42,470 nucleotides of DNA from a virus (IMGVR_UViG_3300030732_000036:1-42470); one strand, 5' to 3'; shown: positions 32,424-41,054, counted from the stretch's first letter. Translations and numbers: made by a program. The notes: generated from the letters alone by a model not told the origin.

Positions 32424-33034
32424 ACCAGATCGGCCAGATCGTCGACAGGCGCAGGGCTCTCGGCACCCCAGCGCACAAGGCCGGGGTCTGGGTGTTTATA
32501 GTCGAAAGCGCGCAGCGGCATGATCACGCCGACAAACTCGCCCTCACGCCCGATAATCTGCACCTGCGCCGCACCTTCGCCGTTGTGGCGAATGACCGGG
32601 TTGCTACGCACGCCCAGCGCCTTGGCAATCTTGCCGAACCGCGCCAGCAAGTTGAGCGAGAACTGGGCGGCTTCGCCGCTGTGCTGAGAGGGTATGATGC
32701 GGCGGTACGGTGGAAAAGTGCCGTCCACCGGGGCGAAGCTGATGCCGGCGAGTGACCATTTTCCGTTGTCGAACTCCAGCACCGCGGTGTTCCCGGGGCG
32801 CGATAGCACCAGCTTGATAGCCTCGCTCGGGATGATCACGTCGGGCAGTTCCTCCTGCACCCCAGACACCACGAGGTCGCGCAGCACAGCGGCACATTCG
32901 CCGTTGGTCGCTACGCAACGGGTCTCGGTGGCGCGCACCTCGACAAGCACCCCGTTCAGGTAGTAGCGCACGTCCCTGTCGCATGAACAGCAGGCCGCGG
33001 CGCGCAGGTGGGAGGTGTTGAGAGTGGCTTGCAT
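32420..33034 (-). CDS. short DnaN (beta sliding clamp)-like protein, 204 aa
   Basis: AGGAG RBS. Motifs RYYLNGVLVEV...CVATNG, VIIPSEAIKLV, DGTFPPYRRIIP and C-terminal VGVIMPLRA resemble DnaN domain II/III. The upstream extension to 33226 was rejected. Confidence 0.65.
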   Translation of the reverse strand: MQATLNTSHLRAAACCSCDRDVRYYLNGVLVEVRATETRCVATNGECAAVLRDLVVSGVQEELPDVIIPSEAIKLVLSRPGNTAVLEFDNGKWSLAGISFAPVDGTFPPYRRIIPSQHSGEAAQFSLNLLARFGKIAKALGVRSNPVIRHNGEGAAQVQIIGREGEFVGVIMPLRAFDYKHPDPGLVRWGAESPAPVDDLADLV

Positions 33035-33068
33035 CAGTTCTGCTCCTGTTTCGGGTATCGATGGGAGA

Positions 33069-33096
33069 ATAATAGCACAAATAAACAGTTGTACTA
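33069..33096 (-). promoter_or_regulatory. leftward extended -10 promoter: TAGTAC-N16-(TGc)TATTAT
   Basis: Minus strand reads GATTAGTACAACTGTTTATTTGTGCTATTATTCTCCC. The -35 overlaps the polA stop codon. Confidence 0.5.
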
Positions 33097-35553
33097 ATCT
33101 TTTTTGTAGCGATACGCCTCGAACCCGGCGGCGGCCAGCGGCATGTCCGGTGCCCACGGCGGCGGCGCACACAGCAGCGCGGCCAGGTGCTCGGCGTTGA
33201 ACTCGGGCCGGTCGGGCGCTTCGCACAAAACCTCGTCGTGAACTGTCAGGATAATTTCGTATCCGAGCGAGGGTGCGTCGTCCCCTTCACGTTCGAAATA
33301 CGTGGCGCCGTCCTCGAATTCCCCGTCGACGAAGTGGCCGCCGTGGATCGCAGGCATGTTGCACGCCATCACATCGCGCGCCACGGCCTGGCAGACGTTC
33401 TCGAAGAACTTGCCGCCGTACGAATCCAGCCGGGCCCACTTGCGGGTGTACTGGTTCTGGCCCATGTAGGTGATCTTGGTCCGGCCCAGATTCACCTGCT
33501 CGTCAACCTCCACCGCGTCGATATCGACGGTCTCGGCCATGTCCTTTTTCTTGCGCTTCTCGGGCTCCAGCCGAGGCGAGGGGTAGCACAGCGCGCGACC
33601 CGAGGGCAGGACGATGCGCAGCCAGGCACCGTCCCTGCGCACCTTCACCTTGCCGCACGGGATCGTCACGCCCGGGGTGCATATCGCCGCGCGCACCGCG
33701 CCGTCGAGTTCCTTCCAGTAGGCTTTGATGCTGGCGTGGCCGCTGCGCCAGCCTAGCTTGAACGACTCGCACACCAGCCAGGTTTTTTCCAGCAGACCCG
33801 ACTTCGCCACCGGATCGCGGCCGGCCTTGCGGTGCCACGCCAGCATGATGTTCGCCTGGCCCCACACCTCGCCCGGGATGAACTTGGCGGCGCGCTGGGC
33901 CATCTCGTCGAGGTCGATTCCGTAGTTCAAGGCGAAGGTGACGAACGCACCCACGCCGCCCTCGTAGCCCAGCGCCAGCTCCTGGACCTTGCCGATTTGC
34001 CGCTGGTCCTTCGTCACGTCCCCCGGCGCCACGTTGAACGACTTGCCATAGGACATCTTGTACAGGTCGTGCCCCTTGCGGACGGCCTCGCCCTTGGCGT
34101 CGACGGCCAGCTCGGGTGCCTTGTTGCGCCGGCACAGCGCGAAGTACTCCGGGCCGGTCAGCCACTTGCCGGCGGCGGTCTTCACCGTGTCGAACTCGGC
34201 GAAGGCCTTCAGCTTCCACGACTCGCCGGCCAGCCACGCCTGGTCGCGGCCCTCGATGTTCGACAGGTCGGCCACCACCAGCTTGCGCCCCGGCGGCGCG
34301 GCGATGCACCCCCTGATCGTCGAGCTGGTGGCGTGCATGACGTTGTCGAAGACCAGGTGCGCGAAGCCGCCCTTGATGGCCTTGATCGCCAGCTCGACCA
34401 GGGCGGAGGCCAGCAGTCCCCGGCTCGGCAAGTTCTGGGGCTGGAACATGCGCCCAGCCCACCGCCCAGTGCGCGCGGCGCCGTCGAACTGCAGCAGGCC
34501 GCGTAGCCGGCTGTCCGAGATGCTGGTGCAGCGCACCAGGGTGCGGTACTTGCTGGTGCTGGTGGTCGAGGCCTGCAACCGCACGCGCAGCAGTTCGCGC
34601 AAGCCCTCGGGCAGGTCCGGGTCGGCGATACGCCGCTCCAGGGTGGCCGATTGCATGTCGGGCAGGTCCACCCCGTACTCGGCCAGGATGTGATACAGCA
34701 GGGCGTCGCGCTTCGTCGCGCTCTCCACCTCGCCGACTGTCAGGGCGAAGGCCTGGTCCTGCAGGTCGGCCTGTGCCACGTCCACCGCGTTGATCGCGCA
34801 CTCGGCCAGCTCCAGGTCGATGAAGACGCCCCGATCGTTAATGCGCTGGTCGAGGTGCCACAGCGCCAGCTCGGGGCCGCGGTAGTTCCACATAGGCATG
34901 AGCTTGGACGCGGCGCGCATCGCCACGATGTCCTGGCCGGCGTAGATAAGGAATTGCCGCCACTCGGTCGGGTGGGTCTCGCGCGTGGCGCGGCCTGTCC
35001 ACTCGAGCGCGGCCAGCTCCTTGGCGGCCCTGTAGGCGGCGGGCTTCTCGCCGGCGGCCTTCTTCCGGAACTTGAACGCCTGCGGCTTGCAGAACAGTTG
35101 GATCAGCGCCTTGCCCGCCTTGTCCTTCGCCTTGTCGCTGTCCAGCTTCAGGGCCTCGCAAAGGGTCTCCAGCTTGCCCGGCAGGCCGTGGGCCAGCGCT
35201 TGGACCATCGTGTCGCGCCAGCGGTGCAGCGGGATGTCCAGACCGTGCTTGCGCTCGAGCGTGCGGTCGAAGCGGGAATTGTGGGCCCACACCTCGATAT
35301 CGTCGTCGGCCAGCGCGGCGTCGATGTCCAGGCCGACCATGATGTCGTGCGACTCGGGCAGCAGATCGTCGCCGACCAACAGCCATTCCTCGCCGCCCGG
35401 GGTGAGATCGCGCACCAGCACCGCGCCGTCGCCCAGCGCCAGTGCGCGGATCATGATCTCGGCCGCCGGGTCGTCGCTGTAGCGGTCAACGCCGCAGGTG
35501 ATGGGCGTGGCGGAGAAGGTCTCGGTGTCGAGCCAGAGGCGGGGCGCGGTCAC
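33094..35553 (-). CDS. family A DNA polymerase with 3'-5' exonuclease domain
   Basis: Exo I is LDTETF, Exo II is HNSRFD and Exo III is YAGQDIV. Pol motif A is VVADLSNIEGR, motif B is RQIGKVQELALGY and motif C is LTVHDEV. Confidence 0.92.
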   Translation of the reverse strand: MTAPRLWLDTETFSATPITCGVDRYSDDPAAEIMIRALALGDGAVLVRDLTPGGEEWLLVGDDLLPESHDIMVGLDIDAALADDDIEVWAHNSRFDRTLERKHGLDIPLHRWRDTMVQALAHGLPGKLETLCEALKLDSDKAKDKAGKALIQLFCKPQAFKFRKKAAGEKPAAYRAAKELAALEWTGRATRETHPTEWRQFLIYAGQDIVAMRAASKLMPMWNYRGPELALWHLDQRINDRGVFIDLELAECAINAVDVAQADLQDQAFALTVGEVESATKRDALLYHILAEYGVDLPDMQSATLERRIADPDLPEGLRELLRVRLQASTTSTSKYRTLVRCTSISDSRLRGLLQFDGAARTGRWAGRMFQPQNLPSRGLLASALVELAIKAIKGGFAHLVFDNVMHATSSTIRGCIAAPPGRKLVVADLSNIEGRDQAWLAGESWKLKAFAEFDTVKTAAGKWLTGPEYFALCRRNKAPELAVDAKGEAVRKGHDLYKMSYGKSFNVAPGDVTKDQRQIGKVQELALGYEGGVGAFVTFALNYGIDLDEMAQRAAKFIPGEVWGQANIMLAWHRKAGRDPVAKSGLLEKTWLVCESFKLGWRSGHASIKAYWKELDGAVRAAICTPGVTIPCGKVKVRRDGAWLRIVLPSGRALCYPSPRLEPEKRKKKDMAETVDIDAVEVDEQVNLGRTKITYMGQNQYTRKWARLDSYGGKFFENVCQAVARDVMACNMPAIHGGHFVDGEFEDGATYFEREGDDAPSLGYEIILTVHDEVLCEAPDRPEFNAEHLAALLCAPPPWAPDMPLAAAGFEAYRYKKD

Positions 35554-35816
35554 AGTTCGGCCTTTTCTTCTCGCGTCAGCGGGCGGATAGAGAGCATCAC
35601 GTAGCCTAGCAAAAGACCGTGCGCAGGCGTCGAGTAGATGTGCGTTATCACGCGCCGCAGGGACTTGCCGGTGCCTACTTCTCCCCGCATTTCGTTGAGC
35701 AGCAAGTGGTCGCCGACTTGGAAAGGCCGATCCGCCTTGCGCAGCTCGGCGCGCTTCAAGTTGTTCAGCACATCAGCGAAGAAGACGTGCGACAGTTTCA
35801 ATTCGTGCGTAGTCAT
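35550..35816 (-). CDS. ASCH / DUF3850-like protein
   Basis: Motif MTTHELKLSHVFFADVLNNLKRAELRKADRPFQVGDHLLL. An alternative GTG start lies at 35831. Confidence 0.7.
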   Translation of the reverse strand: MTTHELKLSHVFFADVLNNLKRAELRKADRPFQVGDHLLLNEMRGEVGTGKSLRRVITHIYSTPAHGLLLGYVMLSIRPLTREEKAEL

Positions 35817-35823
35817 ATGCTGA

Positions 35824-36099
35824 TCACTCACCCTTCCGTGGCGGCCAGTACGCCACCGGGATTTTCTGATAGTCCACCGCGTTGCCGTGGCCTTTCGCTA
35901 CCATCATCTTGCCGAAAATTTCTTGCGTGTTAGCTTGGGGGTACTTCCTCATAACCTTGGCGGATATGAGGCTGTACTCCACGAAGGCCAGCGCCCCACC
36001 GCGCGGGCCGATCAGCCAGAAGTAATCGAGCATGCAGACGTAGCCCTGGCGGGGTGTCGTTAATTCGGACAGCGGGATTTCTTCGAATCCGGTTCTCAT
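35824..36099 (-). CDS. hypothetical protein (91 aa)
   Basis: ATGA coupling to the upstream HNH gene. Confidence 0.5.
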   Translation of the reverse strand: MRTGFEEIPLSELTTPRQGYVCMLDYFWLIGPRGGALAFVEYSLISAKVMRKYPQANTQEIFGKMMVAKGHGNAVDYQKIPVAYWPPRKGE

Positions 36100-36461
36100 A
36101 AAAGCTCCATTTGTTCAAAAGGCATGCCGGGCCAGTAGTGCGGCCCTTTCACGGCGTTCGCACGCCAGTGCAGGATTTGCAAATTCCACGGCACGTGCAG
36201 GCCGCAAACCGTCTTGCCGATCTTCGGCACGATGTGGTCGACCACGTAAAGCTCGCCGAACCACACCGACAGGCGCCGGGCCTTGGCGTAGACGATCGCG
36301 ATGGTGCGCAGGTCGGCCCAGGGCGGCGTAGCGCGCCTGGTCTGCGCCCGGTGCACGATCCCTTCCTTGCCTGGCGGGCGCGATAGCGGGCGTTTCAAGT
36401 TCGGCACGAACAGCGGGCCGACGTGGAAACCCTCGGGCAGGGGTAGCGGGTGCTGGGTCAC
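36096..36461 (-). CDS. HNH endonuclease (second copy, different family)
   Basis: Motif VVDHIVP...[23 protein letters not shown] start in a GTGA overlap. Confidence 0.7.
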   Translation of the reverse strand: MTQHPLPLPEGFHVGPLFVPNLKRPLSRPPGKEGIVHRAQTRRATPPWADLRTIAIVYAKARRLSVWFGELYVVDHIVPKIGKTVCGLHVPWNLQILHWRANAVKGPHYWPGMPFEQMELL

Positions 36462-36796
36462 AGCAAGTCCTTAAAGTCGTCCTCGATCACGTCGAAGTCG
36501 TCGATCAAAAAGAGCGCCACCACGCGCTGGCAGGTGGCGATGTCGAACATCTGCATGTGTGCCCGGTGCTTCGGGATGCCCAGCCGGCGCGCCAGCTCGC
36601 TATAGGCCGCGCTGCGTGTCATCTTCCCGGACTGCCACAGCGGGTCAAACGCGTTGTGCGCGGCGACGCGGGCGGCGGCCAGCGGGCTGCCCTTCAGGGC
36701 CGGCGTGCCGTGGTTCCTCCGCTCGGGGAACTCTTCGGAATACTGGCGGCCGCCGCCGTAGACTATCCAATCCTCGTTGTCTTCGAAGTAGCTCAC
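36458..36796 (-). CDS. hypothetical protein (112 aa), possibly DUF3268-like
   Basis: GTG start in a GTGA overlap with the small membrane ORF. Ends in the acidic tail DDFKDLL. Confidence 0.5.
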   Translation of the reverse strand: MSYFEDNEDWIVYGGGRQYSEEFPERRNHGTPALKGSPLAAARVAAHNAFDPLWQSGKMTRSAAYSELARRLGIPKHRAHMQMFDIATCQRVVALFLIDDFDVIEDDFKDLL

Positions 36797-36936
36797 CTGG
36801 CACCCACGCAAACGAAGCTGATAACGCCCTTGACCAGCACGCCGCCGCGCTGGGTGCAGTCCTCTTCGACGGCGAAGATCGCCGCGACGATCAAAAAGGT
36901 CGCGACCACCAGCACCGCCAATACGATCATTCGCAT
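36793..36936 (-). CDS. small single-TMD membrane protein (47 aa)
   Basis: Sequence is [47 protein letters not shown]. It overlaps both neighbours. Below the ORF-track cut-off. Confidence 0.4.
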   Translation of the reverse strand: MRMIVLAVLVVATFLIVAAIFAVEEDCTQRGGVLVKGVISFVCVGAR

Positions 36937-37244
36937 GGCCAATACTCCTTCGGTATGTCTTCGTGCGCAACGCCACGGGCGCGCGCCTGGTTATAAAATC
37001 CGTGCGGGTGCTGATCGCAGTACGGGTGCGTGACCCGGTGCGGAAAGTGCTCACCCTTCGTCATGTCCGGGCCGCTGCAGTTGCACAGCCCGCGCTTGTT
37101 GTACGCCCGCTGCTCGATGCGCCAGCCCTTGCGGTGGCCGCACATCGGGCAGCGCGGCACCAGCTTGTAGTCGTCCGGGTGGGTCTTGCTCACCCGGCGG
37201 TGACGGCATGCCTTGTGGCGGCACCTAACCGACCATGTAGTCAC
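36927..37244 (-). CDS. Cys/His-rich zinc-finger-like protein (105 aa)
   Basis: GTGA coupling. Contains CRHKACRH, CPMCGH and CNC clusters. Confidence 0.55.
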   Translation of the reverse strand: MTTWSVRCRHKACRHRRVSKTHPDDYKLVPRCPMCGHRKGWRIEQRAYNKRGLCNCSGPDMTKGEHFPHRVTHPYCDQHPHGFYNQARARGVAHEDIPKEYWPCE

Positions 37245-37888
37245 CGAGGGGCCTCGAAACCGAATACCTCAACCTCTGCCCTACGCCGTGCCTGTGCGGC
37301 CTCCTCAACGGTAGCGAAGCTGCCTAGGTATCGCCGCACGCCTTCACGGTGCAGGTTGGCAATCGCCTTGCCTTTGCGGATAGTAACGCCGCGCTCCCCG
37401 GAAGCACCAGGTTGCCGTGCCGTATTGAAGCTCTGCACTGTCGGCGGTGCCCACCGACAATTGACTTTGCTATATCCGAGATGCCCCTTGATGCGGTCGA
37501 GGGTGAAGCCCTTAGGGCACGGCCCCATGTCGGTTAAGAAAACCCGATAGTCGCCCCACTCGGCGCACACTGAAATACTTTTATCGGTATAGTACGGTGC
37601 ACTATCGCGGGCAGGATTATTGCAGCGCGTGCGCATGTCGGACCATGCCCGGAATTCACGGGTTTTTGTCCCCGAGGCTGCGCCACCATGCACCAGCGCA
37701 ACGCGCGCCGATATCTCCTTCCAGCCCACACATCCGCAACTCAACGACCTGCCGCTGCGCATGTTCGAAATCGATACAACTTTCTCCACACCGCAAATAC
37801 AGCGGCACAAAAACCGGCTCTTTGGTAAGCGGCTTAGCAGCAACCAATCGCCGATTTTAGTCCCTACCAGTTTGAGAGCTGCAGTCAC
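37241..37888 (-). CDS. AP2-domain DNA-binding protein with degenerate HNH_3-like core (homing-endonuclease-like)
   Basis: GAAGGAAAG RBS and GTG start. Motif LDRIKGHLGYSKVNCRWAP, then AP2-like GVTIRKGKAIANLHREGVRRYLGSFATVEEAA. Visibly lower GC than neighbouring genes. Confidence 0.65.
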   Translation of the reverse strand: MTAALKLVGTKIGDWLLLSRLPKSRFLCRCICGVEKVVSISNMRSGRSLSCGCVGWKEISARVALVHGGAASGTKTREFRAWSDMRTRCNNPARDSAPYYTDKSISVCAEWGDYRVFLTDMGPCPKGFTLDRIKGHLGYSKVNCRWAPPTVQSFNTARQPGASGERGVTIRKGKAIANLHREGVRRYLGSFATVEEAAQARRRAEVEVFGFEAPR

Positions 37889-37908
37889 GTTCTTTCCTTC
37901 GAGGGGGT

Positions 37909-37926
37909 GGCCCGCCGAAGCGGGCC
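37909..37926 (-). terminator. GC hairpin with UUCG loop after the SSB gene (no U-tract)
   Basis: Minus strand reads GGCCCGC-TTCG-GCGGGCC. It is nearly the same hairpin as at 28441. Confidence 0.35.
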
Positions 37927-37935
37927 GGGTTGAAA

Positions 37936-38487
37936 TTACACCAGGTCGTCGTCTTCCGTGTCGGCACCCTCGCCGAGGTCGTCGAACTCGTCCTCGCTCG
38001 CGGCGCGGCCGCCGGCGAAGGCGTCACCGTCGCGGACGAACTGCACGCCGCCCAAGCTGGCCGACACGCCCACTCCGGTGTTGTCATAACAGAACAGCTC
38101 GATCGACGCATTGACGTAGCAGCCGGCGTACGGGCGGCCGTCCTCTTCGGCCAGGATCGATTTATCGCGGTCGATCACCAGGGGGCGGGTGCCGTTCTTG
38201 GCTGAGAGCGCCATCATGCCCTCGTAGCCGTCGTACGACTTGTTGTCGCCGTCCTGGTAGCAGAACTTATTCGGGTTGCCCCGGATCTGCTTGATGATCC
38301 CGGCGGCCTTGGCGCCGTGCTTGGCGGTCACGACTTCCAGAATCGCCGCTTCGATCATCTTGTGCTGCGCGCTGCCCTTCGGGATCAGGAACGTGGCTTT
38401 GAACTTCGGGTCATCGCCCGGCTTGAACGCTTCAGCCTTGAACAGGCCAGGGAACGACAGGCGTACGTCTTTCAGTTTGATGCTCAT
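37936..38487 (-). CDS. single-stranded DNA-binding protein (DUF2815-like) with acidic tail
   Basis: N-terminus IKLKDVRLSFPGLFKAEAF. C-terminus EDEFDDLGEGADTEDDDLV. Confidence 0.75.
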   Translation of the reverse strand: MSIKLKDVRLSFPGLFKAEAFKPGDDPKFKATFLIPKGSAQHKMIEAAILEVVTAKHGAKAAGIIKQIRGNPNKFCYQDGDNKSYDGYEGMMALSAKNGTRPLVIDRDKSILAEEDGRPYAGCYVNASIELFCYDNTGVGVSASLGGVQFVRDGDAFAGGRAASEDEFDDLGEGADTEDDDLV

Positions 38488-38503
38488 GATTTTCTCTTTC
38501 AGG

Positions 38504-39961
38504 TTAGACCAGGTCGCCGAAGTCTTCGGCGTCTGGCGTTTCGGGGATTACTTCGAACTCGTCGGACACCGGCTTGATGACCAGCGCGGGGCGCTTGTCA
38601 CTGGCCGGCGCCACCGAGGGCTTGCCGTCGCTGCGGGTGATCAGGCCCACGGCCTTGGTCCATTGCTTGTCGCCGATCAGCGGCTTGCCATCGACCAGGC
38701 GGACGTGCAGGGCTTCGGCCGTCGTCGGGCTGATCAGGGAGAAGTCGTACATATCCTCCTTTTTCAGCCTGAACGACTTGAGTAGCTTTTCGGCCTCGTC
38801 AGGGTCACGCCAGGCACGATTGCCTTGTTTGCCCTGCACCAGCTTGTAGCCCGGCACCGCAGCGCCATCGAGCAGCCTGCGCTCGACGCGCGCCCGCACC
38901 GCCTTGCACCAACCCTCGACCAGTTCGATCGAGTCCATCAGCACGGCCAGGTGCTCGTCGTCGGCTTGCACGATAGCTGCTTCGGCGCCGGCCAGCGCGG
39001 GCTGGAGGGTGGGCTTCTTGACGATGAAGCAGGACAGCCCGGGTTCGCCGGTGTCGCGCTGCATGAAGTCCACCGACTTGAGCGTCACGCCGTACGCAGC
39101 GGCAATGATCTTCTCGGCCTCGCCGATCGACACCGCCACTTCGCCCTTCTTCAGCTCGATCACTTTCTCCAGCACGTCGGGTGCTTCGATGTTCTCGAAG
39201 TCGCCGATGACGGTGGAGAGCACCTTGTCGCGCAGCGCAGGGCAGGTCGCCTTTGCTTTGCAGAAACGGCACTGGTCCTCGCCCGGGGTCAGGAACGTGG
39301 TGCCGCCGCAGTTGTCGACGATGGATAGCGCCGAGCGCGCGGCCTTGAGCGCCCGCTGCTCGAACTCGCGCAGGTGGGCCACGGAGCAGCGCCACTCGTC
39401 GACGTGGTTGAGTCGGGGTTGGTCAATCACCAGCTCGACCTCGTCGATGTCGTAGACGTGGGCGAACTCTTCCAGCGCGCCGAGGGCATAGAGCATGAGC
39501 TGTTCCGATTCTTCGGCGAACACCTGCACGCCCTTGCCGTACTTCAGATCCCGGATTCGCAAGATGCGTTTTGCCACCTTGATAAGGACCGTGTCGGAGG
39601 TGCCGAACTGGTCCGGGATCTCGCCGACGAAGAACGGCAAGCGCTGCTCGACCATGAGCACGTCGCCGTCCTCGACGTCGCGGCGCACGTTGTTCAGGTA
39701 CTTCTGAACCTCGCGCGCCATCTCGTCGGTGATGACCTCCGTTTTCTCGATGCCGTGGTCGGTGTAGGTGAGCGGCGCGCCCGCCCAGAAGGCGGTGTCG
39801 TGCTCGCCGTCCAAGCACTCGGCGGCCAGCGCGTGCGCCAGCGTGCCCTCTTCGGCGAAGCTGCTGGAGGTGTCCGGCAGCTTCGACTCGGCGGCCACCG
39901 ACCCGATGCAGCGCATCCAGCGGTGCGCCGACGAGGGCGATAGTTTGGCGTGCTCGGCCAT
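38504..39961 (-). CDS. DUF2800-like PD-(D/E)XK (Cas4/RecB-like) nuclease
   Basis: N-terminus [16 protein letters not shown]. Cys cluster [12 protein letters not shown]. Partnered with DUF2815-like SSB and PolA, as in known phage replication modules. Confidence 0.8.
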   Translation of the reverse strand: MAEHAKLSPSSAHRWMRCIGSVAAESKLPDTSSSFAEEGTLAHALAAECLDGEHDTAFWAGAPLTYTDHGIEKTEVITDEMAREVQKYLNNVRRDVEDGDVLMVEQRLPFFVGEIPDQFGTSDTVLIKVAKRILRIRDLKYGKGVQVFAEESEQLMLYALGALEEFAHVYDIDEVELVIDQPRLNHVDEWRCSVAHLREFEQRALKAARSALSIVDNCGGTTFLTPGEDQCRFCKAKATCPALRDKVLSTVIGDFENIEAPDVLEKVIELKKGEVAVSIGEAEKIIAAAYGVTLKSVDFMQRDTGEPGLSCFIVKKPTLQPALAGAEAAIVQADDEHLAVLMDSIELVEGWCKAVRARVERRLLDGAAVPGYKLVQGKQGNRAWRDPDEAEKLLKSFRLKKEDMYDFSLISPTTAEALHVRLVDGKPLIGDKQWTKAVGLITRSDGKPSVAPASDKRPALVIKPVSDEFEVIPETPDAEDFGDLV

Positions 39962-39963
39962 GA

Positions 39964-40326
39964 TTACGCGGTCAGTTCGATTTCTTCGATGCGCGCCAGC
40001 ACCGCCGCGTAGTCGTCGGCCTTGATCTCGCCGCCCTTGGTGGCGCCGAATTCCTTCATCAGGTCGATACCGGCCTGCTTACCGCTGGCCTTCATCAGCT
40101 TCGTGAGGGCGGGGGCGATGTCGCCATCGTAGGTCAGCGTGGGGGTCTTGACCTCTTCGACCTTGACCTTGGTGTCGGTCTTGGTCTTCGTGTCCGTCTT
40201 GGTCTTGACTTCGGGTTCCTGGGTTGCGGCACCTTGCGAAGCGGTGCGGCCGGCGGTCAGGGTGATGGCGGCGGCCAGCTCGCGGATAGCCGAGGCGTGT
40301 TCGTTGATTGCGATTTCGAGAGACAT
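39964..40326 (-). CDS. hypothetical protein with KTKTDT tandem repeat (120 aa); first gene of the leftward operon
   Basis: GAAGGAAA RBS. An 18-nt tandem duplication encodes [12 protein letters not shown]. Confidence 0.6.
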   Translation of the reverse strand: MSLEIAINEHASAIRELAAAITLTAGRTASQGAATQEPEVKTKTDTKTKTDTKVKVEEVKTPTLTYDGDIAPALTKLMKASGKQAGIDLMKEFGATKGGEIKADDYAAVLARIEEIELTA

Positions 40327-40368
40327 ATTGATTTCCTTCAGGTAGGTTATTGAGGTAGAACAATACGA

Positions 40369-40397
40369 ATCTTTGCACAACCGGAAGTTTGTTGCAA
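40369..40397 (-). promoter_or_regulatory. candidate leftward early promoter: TTGCAA-N17-(TGc)AAAGAT
   Basis: Shares the GGTTGTGC pre -10 block with the 29435 promoter. The -10 hexamer is weak. Confidence 0.25.
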
Positions 40398-40433
40398 GCA
40401 CTTTTTACTAATTATTTTTGTACGAAATTTTAC

Positions 40434-40462
40434 TTGTATATGTGGCGGCTTCTGTGCATAAT
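40434..40462 (+). promoter_or_regulatory. candidate rightward early promoter: TTGTAT-N17-CATAAT, flanked by TTTGTACGAA (40417-26) and TTTGTACAAA (40467-76)
   Basis: Hexamers read directly. The perfect palindrome sits at about +5 to +14, between the promoter and the GGAG RBS of the Cro-like gene. Confidence 0.4.
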
Positions 40463-40491
40463 CGCGTTTGTACAAATAACCGGAGAACATC

Positions 40492-40734
40492 ATGGCGAGG
40501 AAGAAAAAGGCGGCGAACGGCGTGTCGCTAGTCATTGAAAAGGCGAACCCCAAGACCCAGGCCCAGGTGGCGCTGGATATGGGCGTCACCCAGCAGGTGG
40601 TAAGCCATTGGCTGAAGGTGGGCTATATGCCCTTGATCCGGGCCCGCGACGCCGAGGCCCTGTATGGTGTGCCGCGGCGCAAGCTGGTCGACCCCAAGCT
40701 GCTGGGGATGCTCGACGACAAGGGGGCGCGGTGA
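40492..40734 (+). CDS. Cro / YdaS-like helix-turn-helix regulator
   Basis: GGAG RBS. HTH segment TQAQVALDMGVTQQVVSHWLKVGYMP. First gene of the rightward operon. Confidence 0.7.
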   Translation: MARKKKAANGVSLVIEKANPKTQAQVALDMGVTQQVVSHWLKVGYMPLIRARDAEALYGVPRRKLVDPKLLGMLDDKGAR

Positions 40735-41054
40735 GCCGCACCTGCTGCCTGTGCGGCGACCGGGTGGACCGGCCGGGGCTGACCACCTGCGACCGCTGCC
40801 TCGCCGCTGCCCGAGCTATCTTGCGTCCGGCACCGACCGCCGCGCAGCAGGCCCAGGAAGACGCCAAGATCTTTGGCGTCGGGTTCCTGTGCAACGGCAC
40901 GCGCTTGCACCCGCAGTCGGTGGTGATCGTGCGCGAACCCAAGCCGGCGCCGGAATCGTTCGCGCAGTTCTGGGCGCGCGAGGGTGCCCGCATCCGGAGC
41001 TTCGCCGACCTGAAAGACGCCGCCTATCTGGCGTGGACCGCTGCCCGCAAATAA
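40731..41054 (+). CDS. zinc-ribbon-like hypothetical protein (107 aa)
   Basis: GTG start in a GTGA overlap, with AAGGGGG RBS. Motif CCLCG...CDRC. Confidence 0.55.
   Translation: MSRTCCLCGDRVDRPGLTTCDRCLAAARAILRPAPTAAQQAQEDAKIFGVGFLCNGTRLHPQSVVIVREPKPAPESFAQFWAREGARIRSFADLKDAAYLAWTAARK

Noticed and set aside
40139-40200. An 18-nt tandem duplication (KTKTDT repeat), considered as a regulatory repeat
   Set aside because: It lies in frame inside a well-supported CDS and simply encodes a low-complexity Lys/Thr/Asp linker.
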